A stretch of DNA of 64,000 nucleotides from Chloroflexaceae bacterium (lineage in GTDB: Bacteria > Chloroflexota > Chloroflexia > Chloroflexales > Chloroflexaceae): assembly GCA_034435975.1 (NCBI GenBank), contig DAOTWD010000003.1:70167-134166 (forward strand), in the 5' to 3' direction. How positions within the stretch are numbered: position 1 is the stretch's first letter; each line of letters begins with the position of its first letter. This document shows, piece after piece, positions 9,018 through 18,585 of the stretch. A program made the position numbers and the translations under genes. The notes under the pieces are model-generated. The model was not told the origin of the DNA and did no database searches. It saw only the letters and a list, made by a program, of their open reading frames with translations.

Positions 9018-9734
9018 TCAGGACAATCTTGACACGATCTCGATCCCATTCAACGCCATATGGTGCAAAAACAGAACATGATGTAAGTCTCCGGGGTGGG
9101 CCTTGATGCCTGATTCGCGTGCCGTGCTGACCGGTGTGTCGAAGGTGTCAACCATGTTGGCAGGAATAATCACCCGCCGCTGAAGATTGTGGGCATTGGC
9201 GTGAAGGCGCAAATACATGGCCGAACTATACACGCACAGGTCAGTACAGTCACCAATGACTATGAACGTATGAATGTGCGTATGGTCGCGCATCCATTCC
9301 CCCAGACTCGTGCCAATGTCGGCACTCAGCGAGTTCTTGGTAATCGTTGTCAACTCACTGGCAAAGGGCAATGCCCGGATCTCGTCGATAGCCTGACTCT
9401 CTGCTGTACCGGCGATGCAGTGGGGGGGGTAGGCTGCAAATTCCGGGGTATCTGGATCATGGGTATCCTGTGCCAGCACAAAAGCTCGTACACCTCGCGC
9501 ATAGGATCGTGTACAGAGATCAACCACGGGTGCGATCAGCGCCCCGACCCGCTCGCTCGCCAGGGGCCCCTGCTTGCAAAAGCCGTTGATCATATCCACC
9601 ACAAACAGGGCTACCTGCTGTGGTGCCGCATCTACTACCTCTGCCAGCGCTATGTCCGGCAAATGATCGTACCATTCTCCTAGATACGCCAGGAAGGGAC
9701 GCGACTGATCAAGAAGATTGATTTTACTGGACAT
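9018..9734 (-). CDS. isochorismatase-family cysteine hydrolase, nicotinamidase-like
   Basis: VVDMINGFC (catalytic Asp region) and FIVIGDCTDLCV (catalytic Cys) motifs. Sits immediately downstream of an NrtR regulator, the usual context for PncA. Confidence 0.7.
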   Translation of the reverse strand: MSSKINLLDQSRPFLAYLGEWYDHLPDIALAEVVDAAPQQVALFVVDMINGFCKQGPLASERVGALIAPVVDLCTRSYARGVRAFVLAQDTHDPDTPEFAAYPPHCIAGTAESQAIDEIRALPFASELTTITKNSLSADIGTSLGEWMRDHTHIHTFIVIGDCTDLCVYSSAMYLRLHANAHNLQRRVIIPANMVDTFDTPVSTARESGIKAHPGDLHHVLFLHHMALNGIEIVSRLS

Positions 9735-9794
9735 TCATTGTCTCCTTTGTATACTTATACGCCACGATCGGCGTTGCACACCGCACTCCATTGC

Positions 9795-10523
9795 TCAACC
9801 GGTTTCATCATCGCTCCCACGATCTTCACGCCAGCGAAACACAAACTGTTTATCCCCTCGATCACGTCGAAACCGCCACAACCGGGTGGGCCGTCCACGA
9901 CCTTCACGCATCAAACTGGTTTCTTCCAGAATACCGGCCTCTTTGATCTTGCGATAGAAATTGCCTTTATCCAGTTTTTCGCCCAGGATCTGTTCATAAA
10001 TGTGTTTCAACTCCAGAATGCTAAATACTTCGGGCAATAACTGAAACGCCAGCGTGGTATATTCCAGTTTGGAACGCAGCCGTGAGAGCGCATAGTTCAA
10101 AATAAGATCATGATCAAACGCCAGTCGCGCTGGTCGGGTACGTACCGGAAACCAGCGTACATCGCTGCTCTCATCACTGACACGTAATTCTTGATCATCG
10201 GCTGGCACGATCGCAATATAGGCGACACTGATCACCCGTGTGCGCGGGTCACGCTGCGGTTCGCCAAACGTATAGAGTTGCTCCAGATAGACATCATGCA
10301 CGCCGGTCTCTTCTTCCAACTCACGGCGGGCCGCCTGCTCCAGCGACTCGTCCATATTGATAAAGCCGCCTGGAATGGCCCAGTAGCCTTCATAGGGCCA
10401 GCGCCGCCGCAGCACCAGCAACACATGGAGTTCGCGGTTGAGCAGCGTAAAAATAACGACATCGACGGTCACTGATGGGCGCTCATAACGTGATGCGTCG
10501 TAGGTTGCGGCGTTTTCTTCCAT
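9795..10523 (-). CDS. nrtR: NrtR-family Nudix-related transcriptional regulator of NAD metabolism
   Basis: N-terminal Nudix domain with an intact Nudix box (GGFINMDESLEQAARRELEEETGV). C-terminal winged-helix signature (LRSKLEYTTLAFQLLPEVFSILELKHIYEQILGEKLDKGNFYRKI). Confidence 0.8.
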   Translation of the reverse strand: MEENAATYDASRYERPSVTVDVVIFTLLNRELHVLLVLRRRWPYEGYWAIPGGFINMDESLEQAARRELEEETGVHDVYLEQLYTFGEPQRDPRTRVISVAYIAIVPADDQELRVSDESSDVRWFPVRTRPARLAFDHDLILNYALSRLRSKLEYTTLAFQLLPEVFSILELKHIYEQILGEKLDKGNFYRKIKEAGILEETSLMREGRGRPTRLWRFRRDRGDKQFVFRWREDRGSDDETG

Positions 10524-10539
10524 CCAGCGCTCCTTTATA

Positions 10540-10560
10540 TTAGTGTTAATTACACACTAA
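10540..10560 (-). promoter_or_regulatory. candidate NrtR operator: 21-bp palindrome TTAGTGT-N7-ACACTAA (GT-N7-AC core)
   Basis: The 7-bp arms are exact reverse complements. The site lies 17 nt upstream of the nrtR ATG and abuts the -10 box. Confidence 0.6.
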
Positions 10561-10588
10561 GTATAGCGTAGAATACACATGCTGTCAA
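10560..10588 (-). promoter_or_regulatory. sigma-70 promoter of the nrtR operon (TTGACA-17 nt-TATACT)
   Basis: On the minus strand TTGACA is at 10588-10583 and TATACT at 10565-10560 with a 17-nt spacer. AAGGAG Shine-Dalgarno 7 nt before the ATG. Confidence 0.6.
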
Positions 10589-10836
10589 GTTACACGAGGT
10601 ACGCAGTCCACCATTACCAGGTAGCGCATATGTTGATTGTAGGGAGGATGTATCCATTGGCAAGTCTGGTATCTGGTATAATGGTTAGAATGTTCCACTA
10701 CTCTTGTGGTTGAGCTTGTAAGACGAGTGTCGGGCGACACACTCCTGGGAGCCGTCACAGTAAGCGCGTGCTACGACATAGCTGACCTCTGGTGGCTGAA
10801 AGCTCGTCGTGCAGCACATCACAGACAGAGGTACCG

Positions 10837-11682
10837 ATGCGTATTGCTATTACCGGCGCAAATGGACAACTGGGACGGGCTTTACAGGCTAGCCTGGCTC
10901 CTCATCACGATCTGGTGTTGCTCAATCGGGGCACGGTTGATCTACTGCTGCCCAAAACCGTTGGGCAGATTGTGGCAACACATGCGCAACTGGTTATTCA
11001 TACCGCGGCGTATACCAATGTCGATGGCTGTGCCCGTGACCCGGATCGAGCCTATCGCATCAACGGGTTGGGTACACGCTATGTAGCTCTGGCATGTCAG
11101 CACCTCGACGCGCCGCTGGTGTACATCAGCACGAACGAAGTTTTTGCGGGGAGCGCTAGCCGACCGTATATGGAATACGATCCGGTCGGGCCGATCAATG
11201 CCTATGGCTGGTCGAAGTGGGTTGGCGAGCAGGTGGTGCGAGAGCTGTTGCACCGCTTTTACATCGTGCGCGTGGCCTGGTTGTTTGGTGGTGAGCGTAA
11301 CTTTGTGCGCACGGTTTTGCAACTGGCTGCTCATCCGCCTGCCGGTGGGTTGCGGATGGTGACGAATGAGATCGGCAACCCGACATATACGACCGATCTA
11401 GCCGCCGCGATTGCTGACTTGATTACACTGCCATTCTATGGCGTCTATCACCTGGTCAACAGCGGCGCATGTTCGCGCTATGAATATGCCCAGGAAATCT
11501 TGCGCCAGACCAGGCAGGAGCATATACCGCTGACACCAATTACCCTGGCTGATTTCGAGCGTGATAGTACGCCCCCGCCCTATACAGCCCTGGCGAATGT
11601 TGCTGGTGCAGCGTTGGGCGTGACACTACGGCCCTGGCAAATGGCACTGGCCGATTTTCTGGCGCAGATTCGGTGCCATTGA
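10837..11682 (+). CDS. rfbD: dTDP-4-dehydrorhamnose reductase
   Basis: MRIAITGANGQLG Rossmann start and RmlD-type core (YISTNEVF...AYGWSKWVGE). The ATG at 10837 is preceded by AGAGG; the tracked ORF start at 10792 is probably too long. Confidence 0.8.
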   Translation: MRIAITGANGQLGRALQASLAPHHDLVLLNRGTVDLLLPKTVGQIVATHAQLVIHTAAYTNVDGCARDPDRAYRINGLGTRYVALACQHLDAPLVYISTNEVFAGSASRPYMEYDPVGPINAYGWSKWVGEQVVRELLHRFYIVRVAWLFGGERNFVRTVLQLAAHPPAGGLRMVTNEIGNPTYTTDLAAAIADLITLPFYGVYHLVNSGACSRYEYAQEILRQTRQEHIPLTPITLADFERDSTPPPYTALANVAGAALGVTLRPWQMALADFLAQIRCH

Positions 11683-11775
11683 CAGGTAACCTCTAGCAGG
11701 TACTTTCGTGCTGCTGCGCCTCTACCAGGTGTGCATCACAGCATTGAAGCGAGGAACCCGGCATGGAGAAGCATG

Positions 11776-12711
11776 CTATGCTCCGAATTGCTCACCGATG
11801 ATACCTTGCTGATATCCACTGAGCCAGGCGCGGCCAGGCATACGACGTTTGCCAGCTGGCTGCACCGCTATTAATTCCAGCGCACCACTGCCGGTCATTA
11901 TCAGCGGGCCATCCGCTACATCCACACATGTACCTGGCGGGTCATTGTCCACCCGCTGCGCATGCACCTGAGCAGCTAGAAGCTTAAGCGTCTGGCCGCG
12001 AAAGGTGGTAAACGCGCCCGGCCATGGATCATATGCCCGGATAGAACGCTCAATGATCACGGCTGGCAACGTCCAGTCGATTCGCCCATCTTCTTTCGTG
12101 AGCAATCGGGTCACTGTGGCTTGACGGTGATCTTGCTCGCGCAGTTCCAACTGGTTGGCAGCATAGCGTGGTAATACCTCCAGGAGCAACTGTGCACCCA
12201 GTTCAAACAACTGTGCTGTCAGTGGCCCTGTACGGGCATCAGCCAGGAGCGGCACGGTAGCCTGGGCTAGAATCGGCCCGCTGTCCATTCCTGGCGTCAA
12301 CTTCATGATCGTTACGCCGGTCTCCGTATCGCCAGCCAGAATAGCTCCAGCTACGGGCATCGGGCCACGATATAGTGGCAACAGGGAGGGATGGATGTTG
12401 AGATAGCCGCGTGGTGGAATGGACAGGATCTCTTTGCGCAGAATTTCACCGTAGGCGGCCACTACCCCCACTTCTGGTTGCAAGGCCGATAGATGAGCCA
12501 CGATTGCCGGGTCGCGCAGCGTTGGCGGTTGAATGATTGGCAACCCTAGTGCTTGTGCCGCAACCTTGACTGGCGGGGGCGTCAGAACACGGTTGCGCCC
12601 GGCTGGCCGATCGGGTTGGGTAACGACGCCGACAATCTCGTACCCAGCCTGCACCAGTGCCGTGAGAGGCGCAACCGCAACAGCGGGACTGCCTAGATAG
12701 AGAATACGCAT
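11776..12711 (-). CDS. fmt: methionyl-tRNA formyltransferase
   Basis: MRILYLGSPAVAVAPLTALVQAGYEIVGVVTQPDRPAGR... and the HPSLLPLYRG motif. The ATG at 12711 is preferred over the TTG at 12720. Confidence 0.9.
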   Translation of the reverse strand: MRILYLGSPAVAVAPLTALVQAGYEIVGVVTQPDRPAGRNRVLTPPPVKVAAQALGLPIIQPPTLRDPAIVAHLSALQPEVGVVAAYGEILRKEILSIPPRGYLNIHPSLLPLYRGPMPVAGAILAGDTETGVTIMKLTPGMDSGPILAQATVPLLADARTGPLTAQLFELGAQLLLEVLPRYAANQLELREQDHRQATVTRLLTKEDGRIDWTLPAVIIERSIRAYDPWPGAFTTFRGQTLKLLAAQVHAQRVDNDPPGTCVDVADGPLIMTGSGALELIAVQPAGKRRMPGRAWLSGYQQGIIGEQFGA

Positions 12712-12753
12712 TTTATACAATACACTCCAGTTTATTTCACAAATGTTGTCAGG

Positions 12754-12880
12754 CCCATTCCAGTGCGGTGGTCTGGAGAGACGTTACCTATTGAGGCACT
12801 TCTCAGGTCTCGTGGAGGCCTGCGGCCTCGCAACCCTCCACTGGCGAACGTTCCCTAGAACCGGGGAAACAGGGACATGG
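12754..12880 (-). repeat. dispersed intergenic repeat, family B, copy 1 (~125 bp)
   Basis: Its reverse complement aligns block-wise with 19638-19755 (TGTCCC.GTT, TGGAG, GCAGGCC, ACCT, TCCA.ACCACC.CAC...AATGGG). The 11-mer CAGGGACATGG is also found at 19401-19411. Confidence 0.6.
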
Positions 12881-13023
12881 TTGCAGCATGCATACTCATC
12901 ATAGTATAATGCACAATATGGTTTTTCGTGCATCTATACTTTAATAGCGAGAAGTGCAAAAAGCAGATCTCAGCCATAACTCCATATTATTACCAGATCA
13001 ATCTCAACCCTGATAGCATATTC

Positions 13024-13392
13024 ATGCCAGCTTTATTGTTTGATGGCCGGTTGCGCCTGGTTCATGATTATCCACAACCACACCTGATAGCAGGTGTGGC
13101 CTTGATTCGGCCCCATGTAATGGGCGTCTGTCATACTGATATTGAAATCTGCGTGGTTATATGCATTTCCAGGGAGTACTGGGGCATGAATTTGTCGGCA
13201 CCGTTGTGGGTCGATGAAGTCCAGTTGATAGGGTCACGCTGTGGTCTATTTGCTCCGGCACTACGGCTGCTGGAGCGGCATTTGATCGAAACTGCTCCAT
13301 TGATACATGCGTCTTTTAATCTACGTGATGGATTAGCCGCCTTCGCTGCTGCTCCGGGTCAACTGAAGGTACTGGTGCATCACCGGCATTGA
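13024..13392 (+). pseudogene. decayed Zn-dependent alcohol dehydrogenase (MDR family): frameshift plus ~200-codon internal deletion
   Basis: The N-terminus MPALLFDGRLRLV...GVCHTDIEI is followed, one frame over, by LRGYMHFQGVLGHEFVGTVV. The frame then joins directly to a C-terminal piece (QLIGSRCGLFAPALRLLERHLIETAPLIHASFNLRDGLAAFAAAPGQLKVLV). Confidence 0.7.
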
Positions 13393-13466
13393 TCGATCCA
13401 GTTGATCCGGTCTGCAGATGTAGTCATGTGTCAGCAAGAACCGCTTGTATAGAGGCATGCTTGATA

Positions 13467-14801
13467 GTGGACTATAACCGTATTCTGATCGCTGACGATG
13501 ATAAATCAATGTGTCAGATACTCCAGGTTCTCCTTCAGAGCCAGGGATATGAGGTGTTGCTTGCGCATGACGGCTATGAACTCCTACGTATAGCTCAGGA
13601 GTACCCCCTTGATCTGATACTGGTGGATTTGATGATGCCGGCGATGGATGGGTATGAAGCTATTCGTCAGATTCGTAATGATACCCGGACATCGTATCTG
13701 CCGATATTGATCCTGACGGCTCGATCAAATCCGGATGAAGTGGTGACGGGTTTTGAGAGTGGTGCCGATGATTATATTATCAAGCCGTTTGATATCGATG
13801 AACTGCTGGCACGGATCAAACGTCATCTCTGGCGAGCTGCACAACGGCCAGTATATAGCCCGCTAACCGGCCTGGCGGGAAATGTGCTGTTGACCGAAGA
13901 GTTGAAGTATCGGATCAAAAGCAATGAACCGTTTGCGCTCTTGTACATTGATCTTGATAATTTCAAAGCCTTTAACGATGTCTATGGTTTTGCGCGTGGG
14001 GATCGCATGATTCGCCTGCTGGCCGATGTGTTGCTCACAGGGGTTTCGCGCTATCAACACAAGCAGGATTTTATCGGGCACATTGGTGGTGATGACTTCG
14101 CCATTATTACGACACCCGATATTCTGCATCCGTTGTGTACAACGTTGATTGAGCAGTTCGATGCCTGCGTCCACAAACTCTACGATCCGGAAGACATTCA
14201 ACGGGGCTACTTGCAAAGCGTTGATCGCCAGGGGGTGTTGCGTCAGTTCCCAATCACCTCAATCTCGATCGGGGTAGTAACGAACTGTCACCGCTCCTTC
14301 ACAGATTACGAAGAAGTCAGCCGCATTGCAACTGAGATGAAACAGTATGCAAAAACCAGGCCCGGCAGTGTGTATGAAGTCGATCAGCGTAGTGCCTTTC
14401 GGCTCGAGTCTACGAGAACCTTTTCCGATTCTGTGGTACCAACGGTCTTTTTGATTTGTGGCGATGTCACCCTGACCTATCGCTTGCAAGTCTTACTCCA
14501 GCAGCAAAGCTATCGTATCGTGCTGGCTCCGGATGTCGCATCGGCCTATCTACAGTTACAGAACGCTCCACAGTGTCCCGATCTGCTGGTGATTGATGTG
14601 CGGCTGGGGCCGATGGTACACGAATTATGTGCTACACTACGCCGAGACGTACCAGCGTTGCCGGTGCTGCTGCTGATGCCGTTATCTGAGACACCAGTTT
14701 TGGATAGGGAACATGGGCTGCAGAATTATCTCTGGCAGCCTTTTAGCGATCAGGAATTTCTTACCAACGTGCAAGCGCTCTTGTCGCACGTTATGTTCTA
14801 G
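13467..14801 (+). CDS. response regulator with REC - GGDEF (GGDDF variant) - degenerate REC architecture
   Basis: REC1 is canonical (ADDD, LVDLMMPAMDG, DYIIKPF). The GGDEF domain (NFKAFNDVYGFARGD...IGGDDF) has GGDDF at 14085-14099 and no RxxD I-site. The C-terminal receiver-like domain has Gln in place of the conserved Lys (NYLWQPF). The probable start is the GTG at 13467; the tracked ORF begins at 13389. Confidence 0.8.
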   Translation: MDYNRILIADDDKSMCQILQVLLQSQGYEVLLAHDGYELLRIAQEYPLDLILVDLMMPAMDGYEAIRQIRNDTRTSYLPILILTARSNPDEVVTGFESGADDYIIKPFDIDELLARIKRHLWRAAQRPVYSPLTGLAGNVLLTEELKYRIKSNEPFALLYIDLDNFKAFNDVYGFARGDRMIRLLADVLLTGVSRYQHKQDFIGHIGGDDFAIITTPDILHPLCTTLIEQFDACVHKLYDPEDIQRGYLQSVDRQGVLRQFPITSISIGVVTNCHRSFTDYEEVSRIATEMKQYAKTRPGSVYEVDQRSAFRLESTRTFSDSVVPTVFLICGDVTLTYRLQVLLQQQSYRIVLAPDVASAYLQLQNAPQCPDLLVIDVRLGPMVHELCATLRRDVPALPVLLLMPLSETPVLDREHGLQNYLWQPFSDQEFLTNVQALLSHVMF

Positions 14802-14849
14802 CTCCCCATACCCGCAGAGTTCTTATTTTCATGGTAAGGATAAAGGTGC

Positions 14850-17800
14850 ATGGAACTGCGAATACAAATCTCCAGAATTATTGCAAAACTTAAACGTAGT
14901 CGCTATCGTAATCACACCCGAACGGTGAACTCGTCTATGGCAGATGCGACCGATACAGGGATGATCGAGGCGCATGTTGAGCAACAGGATGGCAAAGCTG
15001 TGGCCCATCCGGTTGATCCGCGCCATCAAGGTACTAGCCTGTTTGTGCGACGCTTACGCCCTGCTCACCAGCGCTTATTGGCGCTGATCGTGGCGATTCC
15101 GCTTGTGATTGCGGGCTGGCTGTTGATCGACAATATTCGCACTGCGCGGGCAGCGTCACAATTTGTGGTGCTGGTTGCTCCATTCACCGATGCGGGTGAT
15201 ATGCAGACTGGCCGTAAAGTTGCCACGCAGTTAACAGCGCTGCTCCAGGAGTACACCGCTGATCATCCACACATGGTGATCCGGTCGATTCGGACAACTC
15301 CGACAGATGAAACAATGGCCCTTCAGATGGCAACCCGTCAGGGTGCCGATCTGTTGATCTGGGGCAGCGTGTCTGCTGGTGGACTGCCCGATGCGCCTAC
15401 GTTGCAACCCCGCCTGACCTATGCCCCGGTGGGCAGCTATGGCCCGCATGTGTGGGCTGGCTATACCGGACGCTTCCGTATGCCTCACACGTATACCCTG
15501 GCAAACGAGGGAACCTTGCTTAATGGCCAGGCGGTCTTACCGCGCTTGCTGGTCGCGCTGGCCGATTATAGTCAAGGAAACGCCGATCAAGCCTATACCG
15601 CTCTGTCGCGTCTCCTCGATGATTATCCCCTGGAACTCAACCCGACTTTTCCGGATGTCATTCGTGGCAATATCCTGTGGGCACGTGGAGCCTACGATCA
15701 GGCCGTGGCGGCCTATCGTCGGGCGCTGGAGCAACCGACCGGTGTGGTTGCCGCCGAACGGGCGCTGTTGTACAACAACCTGGGTGCAATTTTGCTAGAT
15801 GCTGATAACGAACTGGCCGCCAGTGTGTTATATGAAGCCAGTCGCCAGATCCAGCAAACCAGTCCAGAGAATGACCTGGGTGAACTGCGGTTCAACCTGG
15901 GCTTGCTGGCACAACAGCATAATCAGCCGAACCAGGCCATCGAGTCTTTTGAACCGGCACGTAGCCTGCTACCAGCAAATACACCGTTGCTGGTAGCGTT
16001 GAGCCAGGCTTACCGTGAAGCCGGGCGCCTTGAGGAGGCGCAGACCACCCTGGCTCAGGCTGAAAGGCAAATTCGGCGTGACCTGCGTAGTGTTCCTGTT
16101 AATCAACGCTCGCTTTTGAGTCAGTTTCTGCGTGCAGCCTACCAGGAGCAACGTGCGTTGTTACATATAGCGCGCCAGATCAATGCGTACGGTCCGCTTA
16201 CCTGGGAGTTGGAGAGTATTTCCCCCCAACCACCCGCCGCCTTGAACGCAGCCCAGGATTATATGCAAAACGCAGTGGCCCTCAGTACGGATACGCTGGC
16301 AGATTGGCGGAGCCGCGCCGCCGCGACGACCGCCGCCGGCAACGGCTTGGGCCTGGTGGCAAATGGACAGGCGGAGCGCATCGAGCAATATCTGACCCGC
16401 CAGCAATTTTATCAGGCACTGCTCATCCTTGAAGAAGGCCGCACCCGCCAGAACGGATCGCACAACCTGTTTAGCGGCATCCACGCCGCATTATTTGGCT
16501 CAAGAACGCGCTTTGAAGAGGGACAGGCGTTATTGCAATCATTGTATGCCAGCAAACCCAACAATGTACCCGTTTTACTGGCCTATGCCCGCTCGCTACG
16601 TCTGGCAAACAATTATGATGAGGCCCAGGTGGCCCAGATCTATGATACGGTGATCGAGCGCACTCCGCAGCGCCCAGAAGGCTACTATGGTCGCGGCTGG
16701 CTGGAATTGGATCGACGGGCGGACAGCCTGGAAGGACGAACGATAGCACGGCAATGGATGGAACAGGCATTGGAACGTGACCCAACCTTCTTTCCGGCCC
16801 GCTTCAAACTGGTCGATATTGCCAAGCTTGACGGTGATCTGGAACAGGTGCTGGCACAACTGCGGATTCTGGCCGAGCAACGTCCTGATGACGCGCTGGT
16901 ACATTTCCACATAGCCGAAACATTGTTGCAGCAGGACGATCTATCGGCAGCTCAAACTACCTATACCTATGCACTGAAGCTCAAGGATGATTTTCCCGAA
17001 GCCTGGTTTGGCCTGGCTCGTACCCAATATCTATTGGATCAGCATGACCCGGAAGCGTTGCGCAGTATTGATCGCGCTATTGCCCTCCGCCCGCAATATG
17101 CCGAAGCTATGCTGTTTAAGGGACAGATGCTGCAAGCGATGGGGCACCACGATGCCGCGGATGCCCAGTTTCAAAGTGCGATAGATGCTGGCCTGCGGGA
17201 TTTTCAGGTACTCTATACGATTGGCGAGCAGTTGTTAGAACACGATAAGGCTCCCCAGGCAGTCGTTGCCTTCAAAACCGCGCTTGAAGAACAACCAGGC
17301 AATCCCTGGTTACATCATGGTCTGGGGCGGGCGTTTCTGGCGCTTAACAACCTGGATCGGGCCCGAACAGAACTGCAGACAGCGCTGAATGCGATCAATG
17401 AGAGTGATCCGGAGCTACACCAGTTGCGGGCCTCGGTATTGATTGACCTGGGGCATGTGGAGTGGCGCACCCCTTATGTCGATCCGCTCCAGCGCAACAA
17501 TGCCCTGGAGCGAGCATTTGCCTACTATCAGCAGGCCTTGAGCCTGGATGCAACACGCGTTGATGCGGTGATCGGGTTGGGCGAGATCGCTGCCAGTCGT
17601 GGGAATTGGAACGTGGCCCTGACCCACTTTGAACATGCCCGCAATCTTTCTGTGAATGACGATAATCCGCTGGTTCACTTCTGGATCGCAGAAGCGCTGC
17701 TGCGTCAACCCGAATTCGATCCCATACATAGCGCCGATACCTATCGCCAGTTTATGGAACGGGCTATTGCCGAGTATCAGCAAGCATTGGCATTACGCCC

Positions 17801-18401
17801 CGAATTTCCACCAGCGTTGCTGGGCCAGGCGCATGCGCAACTCGCTCTGGGGCAACGCGCTGCTGCTGCCAGGAGCATTGAAACAGCGCTACGCATCCAG
17901 CCCCAGTATGCCGAAGCGCTGTTGTTCAAAGGCAAGCTCGAGCAAGAAGCGGGCAATGAGAATGCAGCTCTGGCAGCGTATAATGCAGCGATTGATGCCA
18001 ACAACACCATTGCTGAGACATTCTATCGCCGGGCGGTGCTATTGATGCAGCGCCTGGAGTATGAGGCGGCAGCTCAGGATCTGCAACGTGCTATAGCGTT
18101 GCAGCCCAATTTTTCCGAGGCTTTTTACTGGTTGGGGCATACCTATATGGCTCAGAACCAGATGGAACGTGCGCGTGATGCCTTTCGATCCGCTGTGCAG
18201 TCGCGGGCTGGCGATTATACCGCTGCCCGATTCTATCAAGGTCTGGCCGAAGAACATCTTAATCTCTATGATGAGGCCGTAGCTTCCTTTGAGGCGGTGA
18301 TCCAGGCCAATGACGCAGGCGAATTTAGCATGCAAGCCCGTACAGAGTTGGAACGTATTCGCTTGAGCATTGCCCGTTCACAAATTCGCGGGTTGTATTA
18401 G
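14850..18401 (+). CDS. large membrane-anchored tetratricopeptide-repeat (TPR) protein
   Basis: 1183 aa. One N-terminal TM (LLALIVAIPLVIAGWLLI), then many TPR-like units (repeated A..Y..AL.L.P....A pattern). Confidence 0.8.
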   Translation: MELRIQISRIIAKLKRSRYRNHTRTVNSSMADATDTGMIEAHVEQQDGKAVAHPVDPRHQGTSLFVRRLRPAHQRLLALIVAIPLVIAGWLLIDNIRTARAASQFVVLVAPFTDAGDMQTGRKVATQLTALLQEYTADHPHMVIRSIRTTPTDETMALQMATRQGADLLIWGSVSAGGLPDAPTLQPRLTYAPVGSYGPHVWAGYTGRFRMPHTYTLANEGTLLNGQAVLPRLLVALADYSQGNADQAYTALSRLLDDYPLELNPTFPDVIRGNILWARGAYDQAVAAYRRALEQPTGVVAAERALLYNNLGAILLDADNELAASVLYEASRQIQQTSPENDLGELRFNLGLLAQQHNQPNQAIESFEPARSLLPANTPLLVALSQAYREAGRLEEAQTTLAQAERQIRRDLRSVPVNQRSLLSQFLRAAYQEQRALLHIARQINAYGPLTWELESISPQPPAALNAAQDYMQNAVALSTDTLADWRSRAAATTAAGNGLGLVANGQAERIEQYLTRQQFYQALLILEEGRTRQNGSHNLFSGIHAALFGSRTRFEEGQALLQSLYASKPNNVPVLLAYARSLRLANNYDEAQVAQIYDTVIERTPQRPEGYYGRGWLELDRRADSLEGRTIARQWMEQALERDPTFFPARFKLVDIAKLDGDLEQVLAQLRILAEQRPDDALVHFHIAETLLQQDDLSAAQTTYTYALKLKDDFPEAWFGLARTQYLLDQHDPEALRSIDRAIALRPQYAEAMLFKGQMLQAMGHHDAADAQFQSAIDAGLRDFQVLYTIGEQLLEHDKAPQAVVAFKTALEEQPGNPWLHHGLGRAFLALNNLDRARTELQTALNAINESDPELHQLRASVLIDLGHVEWRTPYVDPLQRNNALERAFAYYQQALSLDATRVDAVIGLGEIAASRGNWNVALTHFEHARNLSVNDDNPLVHFWIAEALLRQPEFDPIHSADTYRQFMERAIAEYQQALALRPEFPPALLGQAHAQLALGQRAAAARSIETALRIQPQYAEALLFKGKLEQEAGNENAALAAYNAAIDANNTIAETFYRRAVLLMQRLEYEAAAQDLQRAIALQPNFSEAFYWLGHTYMAQNQMERARDAFRSAVQSRAGDYTAARFYQGLAEEHLNLYDEAVASFEAVIQANDAGEFSMQARTELERIRLSIARSQIRGLY

Positions 18402-18500
18402 TGCGGTGAGCAGGGATGATCGCACGGGGCAAAGCCTCGCATGTCCCTCTTTTCACACAGTTTCTTAGCATACTATAGTACCCCGATACCACTGGTAGAT

Positions 18501-18556
18501 CGGCGTCCCGGCTTTTGTCTGGACAGAGCGAGGCCCAGGGGAAAGCCGGAATCCTG
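18501..18556. repeat. dispersed hairpin repeat, family A, copy 1
   Basis: CGGCGTCCCGGCTTTTGTCTGGACAGAGCGAGGCCCAGGGGAAAGCCGGAATCCTG is about 80 percent identical to 27164-27224. Outer arms GTCCCGGCTTT / AAAGCCGG are self-complementary. Confidence 0.75.
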
Positions 18557-18585
18557 GTTTTTCACAATTGATTGAGGATTACTTT

